DNA of 64,000 nt, taken from positions 163,355-227,354 of the forward strand of contig DF236950.1 in NCBI GenBank assembly GCA_000708835.1, given 5' to 3'. Positions 1-13,858 of the stretch are shown in pieces. The notes below the pieces were generated by a model. It did not search any database and was not told the DNA's origin. It saw only the letters and a list, made by a program, of their open reading frames with translations. Both the position numbers and the translations under genes were made by a program. This stretch comes from Klebsormidium nitens. Taxonomy: Eukaryota; Plantae; Klebsormidiophyceae. Each line of letters begins with the position of its first letter. The stretch's first letter is position 1.

Positions 1-345
1 AGGGGCACATGCCTTGACGGCGGAAGGTGGAAATGGAGTGGTGTCGGCTTGCAGAGAAGACAAATTCAGAGCTTTCCGGTGGCCCTGTGCAGGTGCCTTT
101 CATCAAGCAAAAGGACAATGAACAATAACGAGATGCGCACAGACAGAGGGTTGTGGCAGCTCATTTTTTGGTGCCTAAAGCAATGGTTGGCGTCAGCAGA
201 GGGCACGCCTTTCAACAAACACTTCCAGACACTCGGAGCGACAAACGGGAAGGAAGGCACTCGGTTTTGAGGTTAGAAGAGGAGCATAAAAGAGCTACAC
301 AATCATCCCTCAAGTAAGCCAGCAGAGCAGCGGTTCCGGCCTCAC

Positions 346-552
346 CGCATCATTGACTGAAGCATCTTCCAAGGAACAGACAGCGGTGGCCCCAAGTCCA
401 TACAGAAAGCTCAGACCTAAGTTGTAGTACGCCGCTTCCCCAAAAGGGGCGTCCAAGTAGATCAGAGCATCTGATATGTTATCAGCAACTTCCAAGAAGG
501 GCTTGCGAGCCTCGTCAAGCAGGTTGATGCTGCGCGCAGAGGTGGCAGCCAT
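346..552 (-). CDS. MIP3: Sec1-family domain protein (MIP3/SCFD2-like), first coding exon; the gene continues off the left edge of the window
   Basis: ATG at 552, 69 codons, GTGAG donor at 345. Peptide EVADNISDALIYLDAPFGEAAYYNLGLSFLYGLGATAVCSLED resembles the N-terminus of plant MIP3 (..DAIVYIDAG..FLELGARAVCSLE..). Confidence 0.8.
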
Positions 553-1199
553 CGCAATTGGGCAGCTCGTTAATCAAAGAAGGGCCAGTGTTGACAATCT
601 ACCTGATGCACATTTTCCACAGAGCCAGGCGCCCCATGCTTCTGATCGAAGGGCAGGGGAGCTAGCGTTTGAGAAGAAAATATGAGAAGCGAATGCAAAG
701 AAATGCAGCCAATGGATGCAAGCTATGAAGTGGCGCCCAAGGGGTTACTTGTACCGTGGTTTGGCTAACCCCGAATAAACAAAAAAAGCACGCAGTCGGG
801 TACTGGCGAAACCCCAGCTGTAACCCAGATTGGAGTTCAGGGTTTCAGGTGGCCATAATGCAGCGCTCGGCTAAAGCAGATCAGCACGCAGGCGAAAGCA
901 ATGCATGTGTGGCATTTCCTCTGATCTGCTGGCGAGCCAACTTGCGTAAGCTCACTGTGCTCTTCAGGATAATCCGTTCTCCATACAGCCATTTCTCGGC
1001 CTGTGGCCTTCTGTCAGCTGTCGCATTACGAGTACTTCAAGGGGTCAGAGGAGCGCGCAAGATGCTGAAAGAGCGGTGCCCTCAAAATGAGTGCCCCTGC
1101 ATCATGAAGGAGGAATGACGGTGGCGAAGTGCCCAAAACTCAGGGCTTGTTGGGTGTCCCTCTGACCACCGCCAGTCCTCCTGAAGAATTTGGGAGGCG

Positions 1200-4100
1200 A
1201 TGGCAGGTATGTAGAACCTTCGGGAGCAAGGTCCTCAGAAAGTACTGAAAAAGGAGTCAACAATGATCTTTCTACGATGCAAATGCCAGGAATGTGTCAG
1301 GAAGTGAGAAGATGTTTGATTGGTGATGCGTGAAGTCAAAATTAGTACTATTAGAAATTTCGGCTGGTGGTTTCTCATGTGCGGGGGTGAGGACTTCTTC
1401 ACCCCGTATTCAGACAACTTCTGTTCCCTGAAGTTGGAAAACTGATTTGCTTTTTAAGAAGCACGAAGAATGTGTCACGATGAAGGTGTCACATCCTCTC
1501 CAGTACCTGTCAAATGGTGTCCGCGTGCAAGATCTATCTGCTAATCCTCAAATGTCCTGACATCCTTCCTTGCAATTGATGTTCCATCTGTGGTGGTACC
1601 ATCAAATGTGGCAGTGTCAAGTCCCAAGGCGTAAACATATGCGGAAGAGAAAGATCTGTAAGTTTTTTGCACTGTTGTCAAATATCATCTTTTGGCCTCA
1701 CAGACGATGTACTCTCACGCGTCAGTCAGCTTGAGAAGGAGCTCGATATCTCAAAGAAAGAACTGGAGAAAAGGTAAGTTCCTGATTGCGATTGCAAACA
1801 AATTCTTCCTACTTTTCTGGATGTCCAATACTTGCTCGCAAAGATAGCTCCAGCACAGATACTGTGACTTTGTTGTCTTGACTAACCAAGGGTACTGAAT
1901 GTCAACACATTACTTCATCGGGGCGTAAATGATCGAAGCAGATATGGCTGCGTTCATCAAACTACCACTCTTCCAAAGAGGCATGTTTAAGACTTCGTGA
2001 TGCTTAGGTCTCTATCATTGGGCTCTCCTGAACATTTCTTTTGCAGGATCAAGCACTACGAGGCTAAGCTCGCCACCCTGACTGTGATCAACGGGGCCCT
2101 TCAGCAAGAGAACGATCAGCTGAAGGAGGAGGCAGAGTCCTATGAATCCCATGGGGATGATTCGAAGGCATCTCGCGCAGAACAGGAGCTGGCCGAACTC
2201 CAAGAGGAGTTCACAAAGAGGCTGGGAGTCGCCGAGAAGACGGTGTGATAGTGTTATTTGAAAGTGTTTTGGAGCCCAGTATGGCTGTACGCTTGTATGC
2301 GGTGGACTGGAGTGGAGGGGACAGAGCCTTTTGCCCAGTCCCATTTTTGCCATTCCTTTCTTGGCTGTCCTGTAACTCCTGTCCTACTTTTGTGAAGGTC
2401 TTAAAATGAAGGAGTGGCTTCTCTTTCGAGTCTTGTCATTGTCTCTTCTCGACGAAAGGGCTTTACGACCTATCGACATATTGCAAACCTCGTTTGCAGG
2501 CTGCCTCTATGAAGGAGCAAGTTTTTGGTCTTCGAGATGAGGTGAAGGTTGCAAATGGGAGGGCGGTCGAGGCTGAACGGAGAGCGGCAGAGAAAGACGT
2601 GTCCATCAAGCAGGTACTGGATGCCAAACACCCTCTGTCTTTTCCAGCACTACTCCTTTCTATTCTGTTGCACGAACGTTTGGAAATCGAGTTCGTATGC
2701 ACATGATCGTCAACACTCCTGCTTTCGAAGTGAGACTTGCTTCAGTTTTGCATTTGAGAACATCGTAGTATCCTCCTGCTTTCACCTCTTGTCTGAATCA
2801 CACTTTCTGAGTGCAGCTACAAGCGGAAGGGGTCAGTCTGTCCAAGAAGATTGGCGAACTTGAGGGTTTCCTCCGGAAGCTAAGGGCGGACCAGACCTCC
2901 TGGGAGTCTGAGCGAGAGCGCCTCAACGCACGCCTGCAGGTCATGGAGGCCTCCGCCAGGAGCGACGAGCTCAACAGGTATCGTGCATGCTCTTAAATAT
3001 AGCTGTTATGAGACTCGTTGAAAGACGTGAAAACAGAATGTAAAAGGTTCAGAAGACAATCAGTATGCTTGAACTGAATCTTTGAGTTGCATCACCAGAA
3101 CTCCCTGATGTTTGGTTTAGACGTCCAGACCGTAGGAGCCAGGGAACAGAGAACAAGACGGCTTGAAAGCGTTGAGAATATCCTCGATGTGCAGGAGACT
3201 TGCAACTTCACGGAGATTCTACTAAGAATTTAGCCTTGCTTCATCGTCGCTCTGATGGTAGTGGTCAGTCTTTCAAAGTCTGCTCGTGTCGCCAAAACAG
3301 GTTCTCATGGCGGTTTTCACCGTTGCTCCAGATCTGCCGACGTCGAAGGTTTGAGGCACGACATAGAGGCCGCTAAGCAGGCCAACACCGAGTTGAAGGA
3401 GTTCTACACAAAGGTCTGAGGCGAAGATCTTTCATCATTCCATGCCTTGGAAATCGTAGATCTCTATGGAAGGTTGCGCAGAAGCTCGCAATCACAGCGG
3501 CTCTCTTCTGCCTTTCAACACGTTCGGCGAACAACGCCTGCAGCTTGAAAGCGCTTAGGGGCTTTCCTGTGAAAACTGCCGTCACTTGCGCCATGTGTTT
3601 TGGCGGCACTTGCTGGGCAGTGGGATCAGTGGAAGTTGTATGGGCATGGCAGGCATTCTCTTGCTTTCTGGTTGACTCCAAAGCCTGCTGGTCTGGTGCA
3701 CCTCACCATGCAACAATCTGATGGAGACAATTGTTCGCAAGTGTCAGTTAATTCCCACCACCTCAGCCTCCCAGGATACCTCTTGAAAGACTTTTCTCGC
3801 CGTTTCCCGTCCAGGCATTGACTGACGCTCAAGCGCACGAGCAGCAGGAGTTGGATCGCCTGAGGCAGCAGACTGCCGCGCAGAGCGCTGCGGCCCAGAC
3901 CCGGCTAGCAGAGCAGCAAGCGTCCTACTCGGCTACAATCTCGTCACTTCGAGAGGTGAGCTCTCCACCACCGTACTGCAATCCGAGTCTCCTGGGAACA
4001 TACGACGACCTCTTAGCTCGGCTCAACATCCCTTCGCTCATTGTCAGAGAATCCTTTGAAGGACCGGTGCGGTGTGAGAGGTCCTGACTCAAGGCGTCGT

Positions 4101-7100
4101 CAATGGTGAAAGAATTGACATCATGCTCAGAATTTTACGATACTGCTGGTGCGGACGCAGAGTCTGGCGAGCGCGCAAGAGGACGCCAATCGAAGGGAGG
4201 ACAAGTTGCTGAAAGAGGTGAGAACCTGTCGTCTGTTGGTCGAGTATTTTATGGGGCTCTCGTGGAAACAACGGGTTCCTGCATGCGCAGCCTTGGCTTG
4301 TCTCTTCCTTAGCTCGTTGCTGGACTCTCTTGAGATTATTGACGGACCGCAAGTGGTCCGCTTTTTGAACATAGGATTCTGATTCCTAAGCCTCGAGAGC
4401 TTATCTGATTCCGTTTCCTGCAGTTGCGGGAGTTGGAAGCTCGCTGCCGAGCTGCCGAGGCAGCCCAAGAGGAAGCGGCTGCCAGGTTGACGGAATCCAC
4501 GAGACCGCTCGTACGGCAGGTGAGGCGCCACGTGTGCTGATCATTTTCTGCAGCCTTACCAAGTATAGTCAAGGTTTCACTGCTTGCTGAGTTCCAGATT
4601 TTATGCAGACATGCGGCATTCGGATCTAGATGACAGCCAGTTGAGTAGATGCCGCTTTTCACACTGTGCTAAGGCCCGTCCAGAATGGTTGGATAAATCT
4701 TCCCACGTGCTAGATTGAAAACAGATTTCGATGCGAAAGGCGTTGTTGACACACAGCAATACGGTCAATTCGGAGCAACCTGCCGCGTTCATCGAGATTT
4801 CGAACTCTCCGACTGAAAGCTTCGCTATCTGAAACCAGCAGATCTCAAAAAACGTCACTATCATCTGCGTTCGAACTTGGAGAAGAAGTGGTTACCTTCC
4901 TGTTGGGGCAGATGGAGTCGCTGTCGCTGCAACTGAACCAGCGGGATCACGAGGCCGATCTCAAGCAGCAGCAACTAGAAGCGCAGCTTAGCAAGGCTGA
5001 GTTGGAGGCCCGCGAAGCAGTCGAGGAGCGGAAGCGAGCGGAAGGGTTGGCAAATGCGGCGGAGCGTCGGGTACACGTGGCGGAGAAAGCGGCGGCGGCG
5101 GCCCGGGCAGAGGGGCGGGAGGCGATGGCGAAAGTGAAAGAGTTGGAGGAGAAAGTGCAGGTGGGCAAGCGAAACCAAGTCTGGGTTTGCGGATCGTTCG
5201 GCAGCGATCAGAAGTTTGGGCACGAGGTTCCGAACTTGATAATGTTTTGAAGAAGCGAAGCTCTTGCAAGGAAAAGGCTGGCAAAGCTGCGCGGGATCTC
5301 TTCACGGATAATAGATTCGTCCGGCAGTGTCAGGTCGGTGGGCGAGAGAAATTGAAAAGGACACTATCCTGACGATTTCATGGAGAAGAGAATGGCCGCA
5401 AGCGGAAGATGTTAGCATTAAGACTTTAAGCTTTTGAGACGACGTCTCAGCGATCAGGGCGTGCTGTTTGGTCGTGCAACTAAGGTGGAGCTGACTTATT
5501 CTGTCTCTGCTTTCCTTCAGACTTGGCGACGGGAGTGCGAAACGGCCCTTGAAAAAGCGCAGCAAGCGAACCGGGAACGGGATGAAGCTTTGGGAGCACT
5601 GACAGTGGCGCGTCTCGCTAAGGAGGTGAGCTTTGCGACGCTATCTCCCAGCTACTCGCAATGTAGATTCAAGTCTGCGTAGTTGACCATTGGCACTTGT
5701 GCTGGAGAAAGCCGGATGATCTGAAACCTTGCAGCTTCCCGCTCCGTAGATGCTTCTATGCAGAGTCGCGGCCATGTTTTCCTTCTTACACGGTATTGTA
5801 ACATCCAGGCAATCGTGTGCCGCAAGCACTGCTTCAAAAGTCTTCGTCTTCCCTTCTCTGCGTTTTTTTCTCGTCGCACCAGTATAGAAGGGTGTCCTGC
5901 GCTCCAAAGACTGACTGACTCTTGTCATGCAGGAGGCGGAGAAGAGAGAAAAGACTGCCAAGCTGGAGTCTCGGCTCGAGTTGGACGAGGAACGAAAAGC
6001 GCTGGAGGCCGAAAGGGTGAGCCCTCATCTTCTGAAGCAGTGACAGATCCATCTAGCGTTAAGTTGAGCATGCTTCGATGCTGCTTGCGATGCCCATTGT
6101 CAAGGGTTCTTCTGCCGTCGCGACTTTGCCCCTTCAGAGCGTACTTTTACATATGCCGACCTTCTTACTTGAGCCTTTCATGTCTCCAACTTGTCACTTC
6201 TCTTCCACAGGCTGCCTTGAACGAGCACCGGCCGAGGGGGATCCCTCTGACGGCCGATACTTCGTTTTCCAGACAAGGGTCCCGAGACTTCAACGGTAAC
6301 GCGGTGGATGAACCGCCGAGCCCCACGAGTAGCACGGCAAGCGACTACACGTCCGAAAGCTTCGGTAGCCCTAACCCGGGCTTGGTTAAGCAAGGCAGCA
6401 GGCGCTTTTCGGACGGGTTAGAAGCGCTCGGGCGGAACCTGACGGGCGGAAGTGCGGCCATGTCGGAACGCCTGATTGCAAAAATCAGGTGAGGGCGTAG
6501 AGCAGTGTCACTGGTGGTAAAGTTTGCGAAGGGCGTCCGAAAGCCCGCTATCGAAAAGGGTTCATGTCCGCAGACCTCCAAGAAGCTCCTCTGACATCGA
6601 GACGACTAGCTGAAACGGATCCCTTTCAATGAAAGGATTTCAATCGACGGGAGTAACTTCACCGTCTCGTAGGTGCTCATCTCAGTGAAAGGTGCTGACT
6701 ATCTCCGCCAAGAAGTTTTCGGCGGAGCCCCCGACAGGGCGCGTAGCCTTTGTATTCACCCTGTCCTCAACCGTGCCGGCCGACAAAGTTTAGAACAGAA
6801 CAGAATTGATGAGCTGTCGATAGCACGCGATGGTAAAGGTTGAGTAGATCAACGGCACTTGCGCATATTTCAGTATTTGTGCAACCAGGGTGGTCCGAGA
6901 TGGCCAAATTACATGCGCATGCGCGGCCAAAGGGCGAACTGCTCCGCCATGTTTTTGTGGACGTACGTCCACCGCCTACAAATGTCCGTGCAGGCAGTTG
7001 CAGGGCGAGATGGGGCAGCTCCAGCGGGAGGTGCAGGCCATGCGGGCCGCCCGCGAGCGCGAGTCCGAAGAGCTGGGCAAAGCCTTGGCCCGCGCCAACA

Positions 7101-8495
7101 GCCTCGAACAGGTGACCTACTCAAAGGCGTAGCCGTGCTGTTCTGGGTGCCGCTGTTGCAGCTATGCCGGCCCGTCGCTGTGGGTGTTGCTGCGAACTTT
7201 GGATGTCCTGGCTGCCCTGTGGAACGGCGTTAAGCATCGGAACGGTCTTGCGGAGAAGAGATCTCGCTCTAAAGCAATCTTGAGAGAACGATTTAGTTTC
7301 GGTTTGTGTTAAGGAGGCAGCAAACTTACGGGGTTTGGCAGAGCGGCTGCTCTGGTGTCACGGATCTCCCGCTGGCATTGGGTACCGTGTTGCCGCACTT
7401 GTACCCAAGTCGTTTTACGGTCAGCATTTGCCAAGTTCGGCGTTGCTTACGATCAACTTATCTGGCTCCGGTGAAGTCAGTGACACACGCGGTTGGCAAC
7501 GGCGGCTTTCCTTTTGCCGCAGGACGCAAAGGACTCTCCGCAGCTGCGGAAAGAGTACGCCGAGTTGAAGAAGCGGCACGACATGGCGCTGGTCATTATC
7601 GGCGAGCGAAACGAGCGGGTAATGTGCACGAGCCGCCTCACAAGCTCTCTTCCATTTGCTGTCAGACATCCTCTCGTCAATTCTCAGAAGTATGCTGTGA
7701 AAGGCTCTTGGGGGAAGAGCCTGTCCCCTGCCCGTACTGAGACGATGTTGCTCGGTTGATTGGAGCGCTGTCAAAAATCTGAAGGCTACCAGTACGCTTG
7801 CTTTGCAAATGTGGCGTCCGTTCTGCAGAGTGAATGCTTTTCGCCACCTTTGGTCTCCTTCGCTCGCTTTCTTTCGGTCAGAAACACGTCAATGCTGCTT
7901 ATCTGGTAGTCAGACCTCATGATTGCTAGGGCACGTCAAGATAGTGCAGTACGCTACCTGCGGTATTGGTAACCTGTGCATCCTTCCATTGACGCCCAAC
8001 GAGCCTGGTCACTTCCCATTGGCAGGAGGCTCTAGTAGTCTCGATTGTCTTCCTTACTTTTCGATTTGACCAACGTGGAGTTTGCTCTATTCCAGGCAGA
8101 GCAACTTGAGGAAGATATGAACGATGTCAAGGCCTTGTACAGAGAGCAGATCAATCTTCTTGTTTCTCAGGTGAGTCTAGATGCTTGCGGAGAGCGAGTC
8201 CATGTTCTGCCAGGGGGTTGATTGTTCGTTGCTCTTGGATCCATTGGTCGTAACAAGAGAGATGCCTGCAATGTTGCTCACAGCCTTCTTGTTGGAGTTT
8301 GCGTCACTCGCCTGAAAGCAAACACAGTCAGGAAGAAAGTCGCCGACAAGGGTGTTGATTACGTCAATTGCCTCTACCCTGGCATTGAGGCGGTATTTTT
8401 TATTCTTGCAGATTGATCCAGCGAAGTGGCCAAATGGGTACAGGATATGTCTTTTCTGCTCACATTGTGCACAGATACACAAACGCAAAGCTTGA
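1200..8495 (+). CDS. GC5: TMF/ARA160-family coiled-coil golgin (golgin candidate 5-like), 17 exons, about 670 aa
   Basis: Phase-consistent exons: 1200-1206, 1704-1773, 2047-2242, 2500-2613, 2817-2977, 3332-3413, 3815-3955, 4161-4217, 4424-4519, 4912-5160, 5521-5625, 5933-6016, 6211-6488, 6994-7111, 7523-7618, 8096-8170, 8412-8495. TMF-type motifs: LQAEGVSLSKKIGELEGFLRKLR, ESTRPLVRQME, and C-terminal LKKRHDMALVIIGERNERAEQLEEDMNDVKALYREQI. The first and last exons are less certain. Confidence 0.85.
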
Positions 8496-9951
8496 CATCT
8501 GTAACTTTGAGCTGGACGGTGCCATTGTGCAATCGGCTTTCATACTCGCTCGAGCAGTACACGTTAGCTCATGTGGCGCTGCTATGCATAACTGTGGCTC
8601 GGGAGCTTCTTCCAGCCAGTGGCGATCGGATATGGGAGGCCATCATGCAGCAAGCATGAAATCGTGAGGCGATGTTGCCCATACACGTCAGAGACGCGTT
8701 TCTGCTATTATATGTCCAGAATATTTTACTGCACGAGTGCCTTGGGCGATGTCGTTCACAAAGTCTGTTCAGTGCCATGTGTACTGACAGTGAGCATATG
8801 GGTGGTCCGAGTGGCGGCCGCCATCATTTTGTCACTCTGGTGAACTCAGCAGGGCCACATGTAATCAGTGTACAAGGATCGTCCAATTAATCGGCAACTA
8901 GAAATGTTTGTATCGTCACTAATCAACAGAAACAACGCATGCATATGCCGCTGGCTATAGGCGCTCGGGTCATGCAGTAAGCTAGCCTGCATGGCATGCA
9001 ATGCGCAGTTGCGCGCGCTTGCATCATTAATGCAGCGCACGTGCCATTCCAATAGGTATACTAAAATAAAGCTAGGATCTTTGAAAGCTAGTGCAGATGC
9101 GGCGCGGTTAAAAATTGATGAACCGTAATAAAATATGGTCACTGCAGTCTTTTATAGAGTGCACTCGCTTCTAGAGCTAGAGCTCCCATGATGAGTATGC
9201 ACCTCATGTTGATTAATTGAAGCTCCCGATTCAACACGCATATATAATGATCGAGCTATAGGCGTTCAAATCTCAAAACATTGATTCCCATGACGGTATC
9301 ATTGCCATGAAAGCCTATGGCCCATGTGGCTACGGCGTTTGAAAAGAGAACATCGAGCCCATGCAATGCATCTAAATTTCTACGTGTACAAAGAAGTAAA
9401 CCCAGGTATGTAGCTCCGAGGCTCATGGACACGACTGCAAGGATTAGGCCGTACTGGGTACGCGGTAGCACGGCATCCGTCCATTGAGATGCTTACGATC
9501 CGACCTTGTACATGCACGCCGCGCACGACTCGAGTGACATCCTTCCGGACTCTCTGATTGAAGATCCAAGCCTGCACAATACGTTGTCGTTCTTGACGAC
9601 GTGGCCAGCGAAGCATGCTAAAAAGCTAAGCGTTCAGTGCACTCCTTAACGTAGTTACCTTCACTACAAGTGGCGTCCATCCTATCTGAAACAGTGACAT
9701 AAATTAGGCGGTAAACTGTCGAGTCAAACTGTATCACAAGGACAACTCTTGCACCGTATTTCACACACACAGTTGCCCAAGCTGATCCGAAGCTTAAATA
9801 GCCTCATCCTGACCAAACCCCGTAAGATTGTCGGTGGCGGGCGTGCCCTAGGCTCTTCCGGTCGGGATCTTGGCAGCATGCCTAACGCGCGTGATCGCAT
9901 CTTTGTCTAGCTATTAGGCTAGAGCTTTATGCACTACGGCAGCTATTAACC

Positions 9952-12900
9952 TTAACCGTCGACTTTTACCTGCGCGACAGGCTGGTTGCACATGCAATCC
10001 GGCAGAGGGTTCGCAAACAGCTCCTCCGACCAACTCCTATCTTGCCTCCTCATGGGGCCACCGTCACCTGCTTCGAGGTACGTCCACTCTCTGATCTGTT
10101 TCTGGTAGTCAGCCCACGTCTTGTTGTCAAATCGATTGAAGCCCCATGCGGGCGCCTTGATCGTCTTCTTGTGGCCGTTCCATTTCCGGACCCCCTGCAC
10201 GCTCTCGCCCATCATGCCCTCGAACGTCAGCGCCGTGACGTCAGCCTGCGTCAGCACGTGCATGTCGACCGCGGCGCGCACGTTGCTCCTCCCGTCCATG
10301 AACTTCCTCTCGCCCGCCGTCGCCAGCATGTCCTTCGTGTACACAAACGGGAACCGCTGGTAGAACGGCGCCATCGCCTTCTTCTCGTCGTACATCTTCC
10401 CCGCCGCGAGATAGATCCGCGTGTTGCGCGAGAAGCCCAAACCCTTGAGCCACATGCCCACTTCCAGGGGCGTCGGCGGGCATTTCCCGATGTCCCGCAG
10501 CTCCTTATCGGGTTTGGTGATAGCCGGCCATGATCTGTCTTTGCGCATTTCCGCCCAGCGATCCTGCTCTTCTTGTCCCCCCCAGTACATGCACCCCGAG
10601 TGCGCGAGCATGTCCTCTTCAAAGCGGAGGTGGAGCGCGAGGAAGGGCCCCCCGGCGCGCTGCCTCATGCGCTCGACTATATCGTTGCCCAGCTTTAGTA
10701 TCGGATCGGTGAATCTGCGACTCAAACACTTTGTCAGCAAAGAAACTCCAAGTGGACTTCGCTGAACCAGACGAGACAGGGATGGCGCAAGTCCTTCCAG
10801 AAAGAATCGAAGATTCCGTGCGAGTTTCAGAAGCTGTTCATCCCCAGCACATGAGTTGAATTGGCGATTTACGCAAGGTAGAAGTAGATATCATATTTTA
10901 TCACACCCTTGTAGAAATCCAGCACAGACATCTTCTAGAAGTCTGCCAGCGGGGCCTCAGCTTGCCCGCGCAGAAAACATTTTCTAGACCGATCAAATCT
11001 GACAAGCTGTGACACAAACCCCAGGTGGATGGCAACCGGTCCCAAGTACCATACATGCAAGGTTTGCTTTCGAAACGAGAATAACTGGGAAACGACACGA
11101 CAAGCTAGAGCAGCCAAGTTTCGGGTGCAAGGAACTCACTTGAGAGCCTGGAATTTGGCGCGGCATGCCAGTCTGGACTCCTCAGGCGAAAGGGAATCAT
11201 CGTCAAGGGCGCCAAACATGCCCACAAACTGCACCACTCCGGCTTTCTGCGGAGAACGACCAATGGAACGCTGTTGTTTTCGGGAAATAGTGGCATGACA
11301 GCATCAACCGTTCATGCAACTTTTCGTTGGATTGAAGATGTCGTCTCCCCGGCTCTATGCCGAAGCTTCCAGAATTGATGTGCTCTCAACAATTCTGCTC
11401 TGACACACAAGCGTAGTGTTCAAGCGAGAAAAATTCTGCACTTGCGGCGGCATCCGCGACTTCTGCACCAGTCGGGACTTACCTTGGCGACTGGAAGAAC
11501 CTTTTGCCGGTAGTCGTCCGGCGTGCCCTTGTAGATTGCCGAGAAGTCTTGCCACTTGGTTTCAGGGAGGGGGGGCGGTGCCTGCAGTTCAACGGGCAGG
11601 GCAGTGCTGGCTGTCATGTTGATGTCATCCTTGAGGGTGGCCACAAAGTGGGATATGTTGAAGATGTCGTTGAACGTCCTGCGTAGAAAAGGCGCACATT
11701 GGTGAGATTTCAAACCAAACCTGGAGGGGGGGCGCCGAGTATCTTCAATTTCAGCAATCGCCCAGAAACTGTCGTGACAAGGGGCCATGTTCAGGCCAAA
11801 GCAGGACGGAGAGACTGCCGAAGGAGAGGATTTTCCGGAGATGGCAAAGCGCACGTCCTTGTACAGAGGCTGGAGTACAAGGTTTCCCCCCTCTGTGTCT
11901 CCCGTGGTGCAGCAGAATTGGGTGGTAAGCTGGTGAGTATCAATTGGTCTGGTCGTCCAGTCTCAACACGCAAAGGATCTCTTGTACATGGTGCACAGAG
12001 ACCTCTTTTCAAGCAGATAGGTCCAACAACTCCAGCAACAACTGGAGCGCAAAACCATATGATTGGCATTGGATGCAGAACTAGCGTTCCTGCTACTCAT
12101 CAAACACACTTGGTAAGACGTAGCCAGCGGTGAAAATTATGCATGCGCAGACTGCACAGGTACTTGAGCAGCATACCAGCTTGGCGGACACCTCTTCGTC
12201 AGGCTTACTACAAAGAAGGATGCTACGATTTGTGAACGGCCACCCAAAGCTGCTCAGAGGGCGAGATACCTCACGTTTTGTCTTGCCAATACGGGTCAAC
12301 GGTTAGTGACGGCAGGATGAGGGTCATGTTCAGGATCTTTGCCAGGACAACCCCGTGACACAGCTGCATATCAGAGCAAGGCGTCAGCATTTCTTGCGGC
12401 GCTCACTGGGGCCTAACCGATAAAAGTGCAAAAGAGAAGGTGATTGCAGAACTAAGCCTAAGAGGATTCGCATCCTTTGCAAACAAGAGCTTCCAAAGGG
12501 GGGGCGTGGAAGCCACTTACATTGGCAGCCCTGGCAATGGCAAGAAAAAGGGGATGCGCTCCAAGTGGACCTAGCTTCAAAGTAGATTGAAATGGCGGAT
12601 AGCATACTTGTCAACAATCTACAGCAATTTGAAAGTGCACATTTTGACAACTTCAGCGGCTGAGCAGACCTTGAACTTGTAATCGAGTGATGTGTGACGG
12701 GTCAGAAGGGGAGGGACAATTTGAGACGAAGGAAGGTGACATCTGCAGGGATTGTTTTCTGAGAACTCTTCATTGACCATTTCATAGATCGTCTGATCCG
12801 ACTGCGGATAGACTGCCTATGGATGACTCAACATGTTGGCAATCTGCAGCTGCCAAGGAACACGGAATGAATGCGACGCATTTTTAGATGCAGGAATCAT

Positions 12901-13858
12901 TGGTTATTGACAACGAGGAGCGAAATTTTACCTCCCATGCTTGCTGTCCTAGGCCTCCGTCCAGGTAGAAATATGCAATGCCATTGTTTTGAAAGAGCGG
13001 GGACGGCCCTGCAACGCCAACCTTTTGTTCACATCCTCTGCCAAATTGCACTTAACGTGGCCCTAGCAAACAACAGGCCTCAATTTGCTAAGCAGATTGA
13101 GGCGTCAGAATAGGTACATCTGGTTTCCAAATGGACGCCCTCTTCATCCAGACCACTTAGGACTGCCAAGGTCCCACCTTGCAAAAATCAAAAAAACGAT
13201 GAAAAGCGCAGCATTGCCCAGGGCACATAAGCCGACAAACAAACAAACAATCAATTCTGAGCACAAGGAAGAACGCAACGGCAATGATCAGTGGCGCGGC
13301 ATTGTCAAGGACCCTTGACCAGACTAATAACAATTTCTTGTGACAATAGAATATCATAAACAAGATTGATGATGAACAATCTCTGTAAACTGCCTTCTCA
13401 TTCCCAGTTGTGAATGTTTCAAGACATAAAAAAAGCCGCCCAAGCATTCCGATTGTTTTGGCAAGTTCGCTCGGAAGCACACCGTTCGCGTCACATCAAA
13501 GTGCAAAACAAAGCCAGCAAATTCAGAGTAGATCCAAAGGCATCTTGTGTTGAAGGCGACGCCCCTCACTTGAATCCCCTTCTTTCCTTTTCACGCATGG
13601 TTTCCAGCTTGGCCCTCCCTCAGGAGGCAGCCACAGCTCAGGTGCAGTGGTGCTGGCATGAACCGTTGTGCGCAACTGCAACGTGAACGGTATATCCGCC
13701 TGCCACCCAAAAATAAGCAGCAGCGAGATCCCAACCACAGCGGCTGTCACCATTCTAGTTCTGTCCGTCATTGCTGGTCCTTGAGGGACGGTGACATTGA
13801 TGAGTTTCATGGTGGGAGTAGGGGAGAGCAGTCCGGAGGGCGGCCGGGAGGAGGCCAT
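9952..13858 (-). CDS. Plant-type O-fucosyltransferase family glycosyltransferase (type II membrane protein), 6 exons, about 506 aa
   Basis: Phase-consistent exons: 13858-13570, 13008-12932, 12363-12275, 11678-11483, 11246-11140, 10714-9952. N-terminal transmembrane helix VTAAVVGISLLLIFGW. Family motifs: NGIAYFYLDGGLGQQ, LCHGVVLAKILNMTLILP, FNDIFNISHF, ACRAKFQALKF, FLALHLRFEEDMLAHSGC, GKCPPTPLEVG, RIYLAAG, AAVDMHV, final CMC. Alternative start codons at 13810 and 13771. Confidence 0.9.

Noticed and set aside
10042-10765. Several plus-strand ORFs over the last O-fucosyltransferase exon
   Set aside because: Antisense shadows of a GC3-rich coding exon.
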